NCBI GenBank assembly: GCA_963826115.1 | Contig: CAWGVS010000005.1 | Coordinates: forward strand, 960,001-1,024,000 | Origin: an uncultured Candidatus Rokubacteria bacterium | GTDB lineage: Bacteria; Methylomirabilota; Methylomirabilia; Rokubacteriales; DASRDR01 | Length of the DNA stretch: 64,000 bases | Direction of reading: 5' to 3' | In this document: positions 47,412 to 58,443 of the stretch, piece by piece | Layout: every line of letters starts with the position of its first letter | How positions within the stretch are numbered: position 1 is the stretch's first letter | Position numbers and translations under genes: made by a program | Notes under the pieces: generated by a model | Database searches by the model: none | The model's input: the letters and a program-made list of their open reading frames with translations, nothing else | What the model was told of the DNA's origin: nothing

Positions 47412-48179
47412 TCACGCCGCGTTGAAGCCGCCGTCGATGAAGACGACCTCGCCGGTCACGTAGTCGGCGGCCGCCGACGCGAGGTAGACGACGAGCGCGC
47501 CCAGTTCCTCGGGCCGCCCGGTGCGCCGGGCCGGGACGTCCCGCAGGAGGCGCTCGCGGACCCGGTCGTCCGCGAACGCGCGCTCGTTCATCGACGTGAC
47601 GAACCAGCCGGGCGCGATGGCGTTCACCTGCACGTTGTGGCGCGCCCACTCGACCGCCAGCCCTCGCGTCAAGGCGAGGAGCCCGCCCTTGGACGCGCTG
47701 TACGCCGCGTACCCCGGCAGCCCGTGCGCGCCCAGGACCGAGGCCACGTTGACGACCTTGCCGCGACGCCGGGCGATCATGCCCGGGCCGGCCGCGCGGC
47801 AGCAGTTGTACGCCCCGGTGAGGTTCGTCTCGAGGATCCGGCTCCACTCGGCCGGCGTCGTCTCCACCAGCGGCTTCACCACGGCCACCCCGGAGTTGTT
47901 GACCAGGATGTCGACCGCGCCGAGCGTCTCGGCGGCGCGCCCGACTGCCGCCTGCACCTCCGCCTCGCGGGCCACGTCCGCCGGAAGGGCCAGAGCCCGC
48001 CGGCCGAGCGCCGTGACCGCGGCCGCCGTCTCCGCGAGTCCATCCGGGGAGCGCGCGACGAGGGCGACATCGGCGCCCGCCTCGGCGAGGGCCACCGCCA
48101 TGGCCCGCCCCAACCCGCGGCTCGCGCCCGTCACGAGCGCGACGCGCCCGTCCAAGCGCAGCTGATCGAGGACCGTCAC
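47412..48179 (-). CDS. Short-chain dehydrogenase/reductase (KduD/gluconate 5-dehydrogenase-like)
   Basis: TGASRGLG, NNSG, YSASK, NAIAPGWF. Confidence 0.9.
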   Translation of the reverse strand: MTVLDQLRLDGRVALVTGASRGLGRAMAVALAEAGADVALVARSPDGLAETAAAVTALGRRALALPADVAREAEVQAAVGRAAETLGAVDILVNNSGVAVVKPLVETTPAEWSRILETNLTGAYNCCRAAGPGMIARRRGKVVNVASVLGAHGLPGYAAYSASKGGLLALTRGLAVEWARHNVQVNAIAPGWFVTSMNERAFADDRVRERLLRDVPARRTGRPEELGALVVYLASAAADYVTGEVVFIDGGFNAA

Positions 48180-48183
48180 GCGC

Positions 48184-49986
<1,803 letters not shown>

Positions 49987-50117
49987 GACCTTCCCCCTTG
50001 AGGCGCCGCGGATGACTCAGACGAATAAAGTACTGACTTCACAGGCAGATTCAATCGATCATTGGCCGGCTCGCGACGGTGGCCGTTCCACGCCGCATGA
50101 CACGTCGCACTATCAAC

Positions 50118-50147
50118 TTGACGCACTGCATTAGTTACTGCTATAAG
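50118..50147 (+). promoter_or_regulatory. Sigma70-like promoter of the phasin-like gene
   Basis: TTGACG-N18-TATAAG with a TG extended -10 in an AT-richer intergenic region. Confidence 0.65.
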
Positions 50148-50219
50148 CCTGTCACGATGCGTCATCACCCGGAACCGTCGGGCAAGGCCCCGCGCCGGGC
50201 CACAAGGAGACGAGAAGCC

Positions 50220-50666
50220 ATGAACGTTCCCCAGTCGCAGCTGTCCCCCGAGTTCTTCGCCGAGATGCAGGGCAAGGCCCTCGAGGCCTTCTCCGTCCTC
50301 GCCGACATGAACCACCGGGTCCTCCAGGGCTTCGTGGGCCTTTCGGCGTCGACCGCGAAGGAGGGGCTCCGCACCTACGCCGAGCTGCAGACGGCGACGG
50401 TCGAGGCCGCCCGCGCGTCCCAGGCCCCGGTCGGTCCCGACACCGTCGACGCGCTCCGCCAGAACCCCTTCGCGTGGTACCAGAAGAGCCTGCTCGCGCT
50501 GGTCGAGGGCACCCAGAAGTCCTTCCGCGTCGTCGAGGCCAACGCTCAGGTGGTGACCCGGACGGCCGAGCGCGTCCAGGCGTCGGCCGAGCAGACGGGC
50601 CAGGAGATCCAGGAGACGCTGGCCACGTCCGTCAACCGGCTCAAGGAGATCTACGCCCGGGCCTGA
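50220..50666 (+). CDS. Phasin-like PHA granule protein
   Basis: 148 aa Ala/Gln-rich amphipathic helical protein; AAGGAG RBS; next to phaR. Confidence 0.7.
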   Translation: MNVPQSQLSPEFFAEMQGKALEAFSVLADMNHRVLQGFVGLSASTAKEGLRTYAELQTATVEAARASQAPVGPDTVDALRQNPFAWYQKSLLALVEGTQKSFRVVEANAQVVTRTAERVQASAEQTGQEIQETLATSVNRLKEIYARA

Positions 50667-50711
50667 CCGGGCGAGTCGTTCCGCGTTCCGAGCCGCACAC
50701 GCACGCACAGG

Positions 50712-50737
50712 GCCGGGGGAGGGCCTCCTCCCCCGGC
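50712..50737. terminator. Hairpin between the convergent phasin and phaR genes
   Basis: GCCGGGGGAGG-GCCT-CCTCCCCCGGC, 11-bp perfect stem without a U-tract. Confidence 0.6.
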
Positions 50738-51232
50738 TCAGCCGCCCAGGCGCGACTCGAGATCCTTCAGCTTCTGCTTCAGCGCCGCGACCTCCGCCTT
50801 GAGTCCCGCGGCGTCCGCCGGTTCCGCCTGAGAGGTCGGCCGCGCGCCCTCGTGGTCCGACGGCCACCAGCCGGCGCGCGCGCCCCAGTCTCGCAGGGCC
50901 CGCTCGGCCTCGCGCTGACTCGCCACGATTCCGGAAAGACCGGACTGCAGCGACTCCTCCACGAACGCCTGCCACGCCGTGCCGTGCTGGATCAACTGAT
51001 GGAGGAACGCGACCGGTAGCGTCGACCGGCGGCCCCGGGCGGTGTCGAGGATGATCTGGGCCAGGGTCTGGCTCGTCAGGTCCTCGCCGGAGACCGCGTC
51101 GACGACGCGGATCTCTCGCCCCTGCCGGATCAGCTCCTCCAGCTCCTCGAGCGTGACGTAGCGGCTCCGGCCCTGGTCGTAGAGCTTGCGGTTCGCGTAG
51201 CGCTTGATGAGGATGGGCTCGTCGCTTGGCAT
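50738..51232 (-). CDS. phaR: Polyhydroxyalkanoate synthesis regulator PhaR
   Basis: IKRYANRKLYD..SRYVTL..GEDLTSQTLAQII..LHQLI. Confidence 0.9.
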   Translation of the reverse strand: MPSDEPILIKRYANRKLYDQGRSRYVTLEELEELIRQGREIRVVDAVSGEDLTSQTLAQIILDTARGRRSTLPVAFLHQLIQHGTAWQAFVEESLQSGLSGIVASQREAERALRDWGARAGWWPSDHEGARPTSQAEPADAAGLKAEVAALKQKLKDLESRLGG

Positions 51233-51397
51233 GCTCTGCCCTTTGGCGCACGCAGTTTAACACCCCGCGTCAACACAACAAGGCGGCCTGCCCGGCGGGC
51301 CGTCACGTGCCCCCGATTGATCGCCCGTAACCGCCGTGCTACCCCTGGAAGGGCGTCGGACCCCGGCGCCCCCCACGACCCGACGAGGAGGACCGCG

Positions 51398-52144
51398 ATG
51401 AAGCTCGAGGGACGGAAGGCGATCGTGACCGGCGCGTCGCGCGGCATCGGGCGAGCCATCGCCATCGCGCTGGCCGAGGAGGGCGCCGACGTCGCCGTGA
51501 ACTACATGTCGAGCGAGGCGGCGGCCCAGGCGGTCGTCCGCGAGATCGAGAAGCGCGGCCGGCGCGGTCTCGCCGTCCGGGCGGACGTGAGCGACTTCCC
51601 GGACACCTTCCGGATGGCCCAGGACGTCCTCGGCGCCTTCGGGCACATCGACGTCCTCGTCAACAACGCCGGCATCAACAGCGACAAGACCTTCGTCAAG
51701 ATGGACCACGCCTCCTGGCGCAAGGTCCTCGCGATCAACCTGGACGGCGTCTTCAACTGCACCAAGGTCTTCATCGACGACATGCTGAAGCGCAACTACG
51801 GGCGGATCGTGAACATCACCTCGGTCATCGGCCAGATCGGCAACTTCGGCCAGGCGAACTACGCGGCCTCGAAGGCGGGCGTGACCGCCATGACGAAGTC
51901 GCTGGCCAAGGAGCTGGCCTCGAAGGGCATCACGGTCAACGCGCTCGCGCCTGGCTTCGTCGAGACCGAGATGGTCGAGTCCATTCCCGAGAAGGTTCGC
52001 CAGCGCCTGCTCGACCAGATTCCGCTGAAGCGGTTCGGCAAGGCCGAGGAGGTCGCGCGGGCCGTGATCTACCTGGTCTCCTCGGACGGTGACTACATCA
52101 CCGGCGAGGAGCTCTCCCTGAACGGCGGCCTCTCGATGCGCTGA
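51398..52144 (+). CDS. phaB: Acetoacetyl-CoA reductase / 3-oxoacyl reductase
   Basis: TGASRGIG, NNAGI, GNFGQANYAASK, LSLNGGL; PHA gene context. Confidence 0.8.
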   Translation: MKLEGRKAIVTGASRGIGRAIAIALAEEGADVAVNYMSSEAAAQAVVREIEKRGRRGLAVRADVSDFPDTFRMAQDVLGAFGHIDVLVNNAGINSDKTFVKMDHASWRKVLAINLDGVFNCTKVFIDDMLKRNYGRIVNITSVIGQIGNFGQANYAASKAGVTAMTKSLAKELASKGITVNALAPGFVETEMVESIPEKVRQRLLDQIPLKRFGKAEEVARAVIYLVSSDGDYITGEELSLNGGLSMR

Positions 52145-52166
52145 GCCGCCGCGCCCCGTTCGCCCG

Positions 52167-52790
52167 TCAGGGTCGGACGGGGTCGGGCTCGCTGGCCGCG
52201 GGCGTCCTCGCCCCGCCGGCCGCCACCGGGGTGGGCAGGAGCCGGAGTCCCTGGCTCGCCAGCGTCAGGCCGCTCGTCATCCAGATCGACATCATCTCCA
52301 CCGCGAGCGCGGCCGGCAGGAGAAAGGCCGGCGTGCTCTGGCGCGCGGGGCGCGGCATCCCGTACTCGATCCGCGTCGCCGACGGGAGCACCCACGCCTC
52401 GCCCTCGAGGAGCATCTCCCCCGCCTGGTTGGCGCACGTCGTGCGGAGCCGCAGACGGTTCCGCTCCGCGAGCCGCTCGACCACTTCCACGCGCGCGATG
52501 ACCCGGTCGCCGATGTAGACGGGGCGGAGGAAGCGGAAGCTCTGTGAGAGGTAGATGGTCCCCGGGCCCGGGAGGCGCGTCCCGATCACGCTCGAGACGA
52601 AGCTCCCCGTCAGCATGCCGGGGGCGATGACGCGACCGAAGCGCGTGCCCGCGGCGAACTCGGGATCCGAGTGGATCGGGTTGTCGTCGCCGCTCGCCGT
52701 CACGAACTCGCGGATGGTCTCCGCGGTGACGGTGTAGGTGACTTCGGCGACGTCGCCGACGGCCACGTCCTCGATCGTCAGTCCGGTCAT
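52167..52790 (-). CDS. phaJ: MaoC-family (R)-specific enoyl-CoA hydratase
   Basis: SGDDNPIHSD, LPGPGTIYLSQ, PVYIGD. Confidence 0.85.
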   Translation of the reverse strand: MTGLTIEDVAVGDVAEVTYTVTAETIREFVTASGDDNPIHSDPEFAAGTRFGRVIAPGMLTGSFVSSVIGTRLPGPGTIYLSQSFRFLRPVYIGDRVIARVEVVERLAERNRLRLRTTCANQAGEMLLEGEAWVLPSATRIEYGMPRPARQSTPAFLLPAALAVEMMSIWMTSGLTLASQGLRLLPTPVAAGGARTPAASEPDPVRP

Positions 52791-53413
52791 CGTGCCTCCG
52801 GGGAACTGGGAGGGGAACGGCGCGCCGGTCGCGCGGGGCGTCTCTGCGCCGCGCGCCGGCTCTCGGTGGCGCTGCCCGAGCGGTCGGCCGGACCCGCCGT
52901 CGGGCCCAGCAGCCGCCGGATCTCGTCCAGGCGGTCCTCCAGGCCCTCGATCCGCTCCTCGAGGGCCACGAGCTGCGACGCGACCGCGACCACCTGGCCG
53001 CGTGACGGGAGCCCGAGCGTCCGGACTGCCTGGTCCGTGTACTGCTCCATGCCCTTCTTGAGCGGCCCCTGGGCGGCGAGCGTCTGGTCGAGGTAACGGC
53101 CGAGCGCCTGGGCGAAGCCCTCGGTGCTCATCGCCTGCCCCAGGACCTTGGACCAGGCCTCGATCCACTGGTCCATGAACGACTTCCACTGCTGGGCGAA
53201 CTCGGGGCTCACGCCCCCCTGGGCCGCGGCCTTCTGCCAGATCTCCATGCCTTGCCCGAGGATCGGGCGCCAGAACTGGCTGAAGTCGGGAGCGCCGGGC
53301 GGCGCCGTGGGCGAGGGCGTCTGGCCGAGGGTCCGCACCCAGGCCTGGGTGCCGTCCTCCAGAGCCTTCTTCCAGAGCTCGAACGCGTCCTGGACCGGAT
53401 TCTGGGCCGTCAT
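52787..53413 (-). CDS. phaE: PhaE-like subunit of class III PHA synthase
   Basis: Trp-rich helical N-terminus, LGLPSR motif and C-terminal coiled coil (LEERIEGLEDRLDEI); next to phaC. Confidence 0.7.
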   Translation of the reverse strand: MTAQNPVQDAFELWKKALEDGTQAWVRTLGQTPSPTAPPGAPDFSQFWRPILGQGMEIWQKAAAQGGVSPEFAQQWKSFMDQWIEAWSKVLGQAMSTEGFAQALGRYLDQTLAAQGPLKKGMEQYTDQAVRTLGLPSRGQVVAVASQLVALEERIEGLEDRLDEIRRLLGPTAGPADRSGSATESRRAAQRRPARPARRSPPSSPEAR

Positions 53414-53430
53414 GTCGACCGGCACAGTAT

Positions 53431-53464
53431 GCCACGTTGCGTCATGACGCGGAAGCGTTGCGTC
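53431..53464. promoter_or_regulatory. Putative PhaR-type operator upstream of phaE
   Basis: Palindrome GCGTCATGACGC (53439-53450); CGTTGCGTC repeated 21 bp apart; near-copy at 50151-50165. Confidence 0.5.
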
Positions 53465-53471
53465 GTCGGCC

Positions 53472-54545
53472 CTATCCCAGCCGAGCGGCCAGCCAGTCCG
53501 ACACCTTGGGCCAGCAGTGAACCGACGCCGAGCGGCCGGCGATCAGCGAGATGTGCCCGCCGGGGAGCTCGAGGTAGCTCTTGTCCGTGCTGCCGACCCG
53601 GTCGACCAGCGCGCGAACGCACGCGGGCGGCGCGATGTAGTCCTCCTTCGCGCCGACCACGAGGATGGGGCAGCGGACCTGCCCGAGATCCACGGGGTGG
53701 CCGCCGAGCCGGAGGCTGCCCCCGACGAGACGGTTGTCCTGGTAGAAGTCCTTGACCCACTGCCGGAAGAACTCGGCCGGGAACGGGACGTACTCGTTCG
53801 CCCACCGCGAGAGCGCGCGGTAGCCGTCGACGTACCGGGGGTTGTCGAGGTTCCACCAGAGGTTGAGCGCCGTCGTCACGTCCATGGTGGGCCGGAGGAG
53901 CTTGAAGCCGACCTTGACCCAGTCCGCGGGGATCGCCCCGACCGTGTCGACGACGCGGTCGACGTCGTAGAACCGCTTGTCGAGCCACTGCGCGAACAGT
54001 CCCGCGTGGGCGAAGTCGATGGGACCCGCCATGTTCACGTACGCCCGGACCGGCACCTCGGGGTGCTGCGCGACGAAGGACACCGAGAGCGGCGCGCCCA
54101 TGCAGTACCCGATGACCGCGAGCCCGTCGGCGCCCGAGGTCTCCAGCACCTTCCGCACCACGCGCGGCAGGAGGCGGGTCACGCACTCGTCCACCGTCAG
54201 GCCGTTGTCCTCCTCGCCGTAGACACCCCAGTCGAGGAGGTAGAAGTCGAACCCCTGCCGGCACATGTGCTCGACGAACGAGGCCCCGGGCTGGAGGTCG
54301 AAGATCGACGGCCGGCTGATGCCGAGGTTCGGGACGAAGAGGACCGGCACCGGCCGCGTGCGCGGGGATTCGTAGCGGTAGAGGCGCGCCTTGTTCCGTC
54401 GGTAGACCAGCTGCTTCGGCGAGAGCCCGATCGAGGGCTCGGGGGCCGAGGCGAGCTCGAGGGCCCGCGTCGCCCGGGTCAGGGTCCGTGTCCACTCGGC
54501 GGCCAGGCTCTGCGCCGCATCCTCCACCTTCGTCGCTCCCGCCAT
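53472..54545 (-). CDS. phaC: Class III poly(3-hydroxyalkanoate) synthase PhaC
   Basis: 357 aa, DLQPG, LDWG, lipase box GYCMG, Asp in EDYIAP, His in GGHIS. Confidence 0.9.
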   Translation of the reverse strand: MAGATKVEDAAQSLAAEWTRTLTRATRALELASAPEPSIGLSPKQLVYRRNKARLYRYESPRTRPVPVLFVPNLGISRPSIFDLQPGASFVEHMCRQGFDFYLLDWGVYGEEDNGLTVDECVTRLLPRVVRKVLETSGADGLAVIGYCMGAPLSVSFVAQHPEVPVRAYVNMAGPIDFAHAGLFAQWLDKRFYDVDRVVDTVGAIPADWVKVGFKLLRPTMDVTTALNLWWNLDNPRYVDGYRALSRWANEYVPFPAEFFRQWVKDFYQDNRLVGGSLRLGGHPVDLGQVRCPILVVGAKEDYIAPPACVRALVDRVGSTDKSYLELPGGHISLIAGRSASVHCWPKVSDWLAARLG

Positions 54546-54563
54546 GGGTGTCGTTCCTCCACG

Positions 54564-55880
54564 CTAGATGATACCGCGAGCCGCGAGCTCGGCCAGCTTC
54601 GAGGGCCCGAGACCGAGGTGCCGGGCGTAGACGTGGGCCGTGTGGTACCCCTGGGGCCGCCCGGGAACCTTGAGTCGCGGCGGCGTCCGGGTCATCCGCC
54701 AGGCGGGGGCGGCGAGCGTCAGCGGCCCGTAGACGGGGTCGTCGACGCGGGCGAAACAGCCGCGCTCCCACCAGTGCGCCTCGGCGAGGGTCTGGGTCGG
54801 CCGGTTGACGGGGCCGAAGACGACCGTGCCCGGACCCGGGTCCGCGAGGACCTTCGCGAGGATCTCGCTCGCCGTGTGGTTGACCGACCACCGGGCGATC
54901 TCGTCCCGGAGCGCCTCGCGCTTGTCCGGGTGGGTCCGGTCGAGCGTCGTCCGGAACCGCGGGTCCTGCGCGAGCTCGGGCCGCCCCATGATCCGGCAGA
55001 TCGCGCCGAAGTTCGGGTCGGTGTACCCCGCGATGAACGCCCAGCCGTCCTTCACCGGGACGAACGTGTAGACGGACACCGCGACGTCCATCCCGCCGAG
55101 CCGCTCCCGCACCTCGCCGCTTCCGTGATAGAGCAGGAGCGTGTACTCGAGATAGCGCATGAGGGCCTCGGCGCCGGAGACGTCGATCATTTGCCCCCGC
55201 CCCGACGTGTCCCGCCAGTGGAGCGCCGACAATGTCGCGACGCCGGCCCACACCGCCTGGGCGTAGGCGCTGACCCAGCTGCCGACCCGGGTCGGCCCGT
55301 TCTCCGGTCTCCCTTCCCCGGGCTCGCCCGTGATGTAGGCGAGGCCCGAGAGCGCCTGGTCGATCAGGTCGTACTCCGGGCCGCTCCCCTCGCTCCGGGG
55401 CCCGAACTGCCCGTGGGTCGAGAGGGCGACGTACACCAGGCGGGCGTTGAGCGGCGCGAGCTGCCGGTAGCCGATGCCCCACGCGTCCATCTGCCCCGGC
55501 GGGAAGCCCTCGATGACCACGTCCGCCCGCGCCGCGAGCTGGCGGAAGAGCGCCCGGCCGTCCTCCTCGGCGAGATTCAGCGTCGCGTAGTAGCGGTTCC
55601 GGCCCTCGGCCAGGTACGCGAGTCCCTCACCCCCGACCCACACGTCCGCGGGGCCCCAGGCGCGCGCGGGATCCCCGCCCGGGGGCTCGAGCTTGACGAC
55701 CTCCGCCCCGAGCTCGCCGAGGAGCCCGCCGAACACGTGGCCGCCGTAGTGCGAGACCGAGCAGTCCAGCACGAGCAGATCGTCGAGAGCCTCGGGCTTG
55801 CCGGTCGCGGTGCGCGGGTCCTCGGCCGCGCGGGCCCAGTCGGCCCATCGCTCGGCCGGTCCGCGCGATGGTGTGGTCAC
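54564..55880 (-). CDS. Family III (CaiB/BaiF) CoA-transferase subunit, catalytic Asp apparently absent
   Basis: LGAEVVKLEPPGGD, ADVVIEGF, GQFGP, PTRVGSWVSAY; GTGA overlap with its paralog. Confidence 0.88.
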   Translation of the reverse strand: MTTPSRGPAERWADWARAAEDPRTATGKPEALDDLLVLDCSVSHYGGHVFGGLLGELGAEVVKLEPPGGDPARAWGPADVWVGGEGLAYLAEGRNRYYATLNLAEEDGRALFRQLAARADVVIEGFPPGQMDAWGIGYRQLAPLNARLVYVALSTHGQFGPRSEGSGPEYDLIDQALSGLAYITGEPGEGRPENGPTRVGSWVSAYAQAVWAGVATLSALHWRDTSGRGQMIDVSGAEALMRYLEYTLLLYHGSGEVRERLGGMDVAVSVYTFVPVKDGWAFIAGYTDPNFGAICRIMGRPELAQDPRFRTTLDRTHPDKREALRDEIARWSVNHTASEILAKVLADPGPGTVVFGPVNRPTQTLAEAHWWERGCFARVDDPVYGPLTLAAPAWRMTRTPPRLKVPGRPQGYHTAHVYARHLGLGPSKLAELAARGII

Positions 55881-57232
55881 AGTGCCTCCGCCTCGCCGGA
55901 CCAGTCGTCGGGCGGTTTGGCGCCACGCCGGTCGCCCCAGCGGCCCACCACGCCGAGCCGCTCCAGGCTGGCGATCTCGTCGTCGGGGAGGCCGAGGATC
56001 CCCTGCAGCACGTGGCGGTTGTGCCACCCCACGGGCCGCCCCGCCCACTTGTGGCGGGCCGGGGTCGCCGAGAGCTGCGGCGCCGGGCCGTAGTCCACCA
56101 CGCGCCCGTACACGCGGTCGTCCAGCTCCTCGACGCTGCCGCGGGCGCGGAAGTGGGCATCCTCGTACTGGTCGCGCGCGCTCTTCACCGGCGCGGCGGC
56201 GAAGCCGTGGCTCCGCGCCGCGGCCTCGACCTCGTCGCGCGAGCGGTCCCTGCACCACTCGCGGATCGAGTCGTCCAGGAGGTCGGCATGACCCGGCCCG
56301 CGCCGGGCCGCGGCGCTCGCGAACCGCGGGTCGGCGGCGAGATCCGGCCGTCCGAGCGCCTGCGCAAGGCCGCGGAACTCGTCGTCGGTCCCCGCGACGA
56401 TGGCGACGTGGCCGTCCCGGCACGGGTAGATCCCGGAGGGGGCGAACGCCGGGTCGCGATTGCCGGTCTTCGGGCGATCGCGTCCCGTCAGACCTGCGTG
56501 GAGCCAGGTCCAGTCGAGCGCGCGCAGGATCCCTTCGCACTGGGCCATCTCGACGAACTGCCCCTCGCCCGTGCGGTCGCGCCAGCGGAGCGCCGCCAGC
56601 ACGCCCATCGCCGAGAGACACGCGCCGAACCAGTCGCCGAGGTAGTTGCCGGACTTGATCGGGAGCGCGTCCTCGAAGCCCGAGATCCCGACGAGCCCCG
56701 CCACCGCCTGCGCGAGACCGTCGTAGGAGGCGCGCCCCTCGGCGAAGGGCCCCCACTGGCCGAAGCCCGTGTTCGCGACGTAGATGAGCCGCGGGTTGAC
56801 CTCGCGGAGCTGCCGGTAGCCGAGCCCCCACTTCGCCTCGGTGGTGCCGGGCTTGAAGTTCTCGACGACGATGTCCGAGCGCGCGGCGAGCTTCCGGATC
56901 AGCGCCTGGCCCTCGGCGTGGTGCATGTCGACGCCGATGTGGTACTTCCCGTGGTTCTGCGGGAAGAACGCGACCGACACGTTCTTCCAGAAGCAGCCGG
57001 CGTGCCCGAGGATCCGGGTCACGTCGCCCTGACCCGGCATCTCGACCTTGATGACCTCGGCCCCGAGCTCGCCCAGGAAGTCGGCGGTGGCCGGGCCGAA
57101 GATGATGACCGACAGGTCGAGAACCCGGATCCCCCGGAGGGCCTCGGGCTTCGCGTGGCGATTTGCGGGATCGAAGAGGCGCGCCGCCCACTCGGCGTAG
57201 GCCTCGCGGTCAGGCTCCGGGCGGGCGGTCAC
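55877..57232 (-). CDS. Family III CoA-transferase subunit
   Basis: RVLDLS, GAEVIKVE, VENFKPG, GFGQWGP, GNYLGDW. Confidence 0.9.
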   Translation of the reverse strand: MTARPEPDREAYAEWAARLFDPANRHAKPEALRGIRVLDLSVIIFGPATADFLGELGAEVIKVEMPGQGDVTRILGHAGCFWKNVSVAFFPQNHGKYHIGVDMHHAEGQALIRKLAARSDIVVENFKPGTTEAKWGLGYRQLREVNPRLIYVANTGFGQWGPFAEGRASYDGLAQAVAGLVGISGFEDALPIKSGNYLGDWFGACLSAMGVLAALRWRDRTGEGQFVEMAQCEGILRALDWTWLHAGLTGRDRPKTGNRDPAFAPSGIYPCRDGHVAIVAGTDDEFRGLAQALGRPDLAADPRFASAAARRGPGHADLLDDSIREWCRDRSRDEVEAAARSHGFAAAPVKSARDQYEDAHFRARGSVEELDDRVYGRVVDYGPAPQLSATPARHKWAGRPVGWHNRHVLQGILGLPDDEIASLERLGVVGRWGDRRGAKPPDDWSGEAEAL

Positions 57233-57278
57233 CTCATCCTCGGGTCGCGGTCGGGAACGCCCGCGCGGAGGCCGATGG

Positions 57279-57599
57279 TCAGATCCCGAAGAGACTGGGC
57301 AGCCGCATCAGCAGGCTCATGTCCCCCTTGTGGCGGAGCTTGCCGGACATGAAGGCCACCTGGCCCGACAGCTTCCCGCCCAGCATGTCCAGCCAGTCCT
57401 GCGCCGCCATGGTGAGCGTGAGCGCGGGCGGCGTGGCCGACGCGCCTTCGCGGATCGCGCACTGCCCGTCGGCGATGTTGACGTGGTACGTGCAGCCCTC
57501 GGGGCCGGTGATGTCGTACTGGATCACCGTCTGGAGCCCCTGGGCGCGCTCCGGCCGGAAGCGAGTCGCCATGGCCTCGAACGTTTCCTTGACCGTCAT
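57279..57599 (-). CDS. SCP2 sterol/lipid-binding domain protein
   Basis: IQYDITG, AFMSGKLRHKGDM. Confidence 0.88.
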   Translation of the reverse strand: MTVKETFEAMATRFRPERAQGLQTVIQYDITGPEGCTYHVNIADGQCAIREGASATPPALTLTMAAQDWLDMLGGKLSGQVAFMSGKLRHKGDMSLLMRLPSLFGI

Positions 57600-57647
57600 C
57601 CCGATCTCCTCCGTCCCCGGGCGGGGCGGCGCCCCGCTCCGGTCCCG

Positions 57648-58427
57648 TCATCTTCCCTTGAAGTCCGGCGGCCGCTTCTGAAAGAAGGCCTGGATGCCCT
57701 CGCCGGCGTCCTCGGTGCGAAGCGTCTCCAGGAACCCCCGCACCTCGGCGTCCAGCCCCGCGTCGAGCGGCCCGTCGAGACCCTGATCCACACACTCGAT
57801 GATGAGGCGCGTGGCGGCCGGGGCTCGCTTGGCGATCGTGCTCGCGAGGGCTCGCGCGTCGGCCAGCGTCTCGCCCTCCTTCGCCAGGCGGTTGACGAGC
57901 CCGAGCGCGAGGGCCTCCGCCGCCGGGATCTGCGTCCCGAGGATGAGCAGCTCCAGGGCCTTCGTCCGTCCGATCAGCCGCGGGAGGCGCTGCGTGCCGC
58001 CGAATCCCGGAATGATCCCGAGATTCGACTCCGTCTGCCCGATCCGTGCCGTCTCCTTCATGATCCGAAGGTGGCAGGCCATCGCGATCTCACAGCCGCC
58101 CCCGGTCGCGTGGCCCTGGATCGCCGCGATCACCGGTTTCGGGAAGCGCTCGATCCGCCGGAGGAGCCCCTGCCCGCGCCGGATGAACCCGTCGAGGTCG
58201 TCGGGGCCGCCGCCGAAGGCTCCCGACAGGTCCGCGCCGCCGCAAAAGATGCGCTCGCCCGCGCCCGTCAGGACGACCGCGCGCACGCCCTCGTCCCCCC
58301 GGAGTGCCTCCACCACGGCCTCGAGGTCGGCGACCATCTGCCCCGAGATCGTGTTCGCCGGCGGCCGGTTCAGGATCACGACGGCGTGGCCGTCGCCTCG
58401 CTCGACGGTGAGGGTCTCGTACGTCAT
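57648..58427 (-). CDS. Enoyl-CoA hydratase/isomerase (crotonase)
   Basis: FCGGADL, GGGCE, ESNLGIIPGFGGTQRL, EGIQAFFQKR. Confidence 0.93.
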   Translation of the reverse strand: MTYETLTVERGDGHAVVILNRPPANTISGQMVADLEAVVEALRGDEGVRAVVLTGAGERIFCGGADLSGAFGGGPDDLDGFIRRGQGLLRRIERFPKPVIAAIQGHATGGGCEIAMACHLRIMKETARIGQTESNLGIIPGFGGTQRLPRLIGRTKALELLILGTQIPAAEALALGLVNRLAKEGETLADARALASTIAKRAPAATRLIIECVDQGLDGPLDAGLDAEVRGFLETLRTEDAGEGIQAFFQKRPPDFKGR

Positions 58428-58443
58428 GGCGCGTCTCCCCGTT

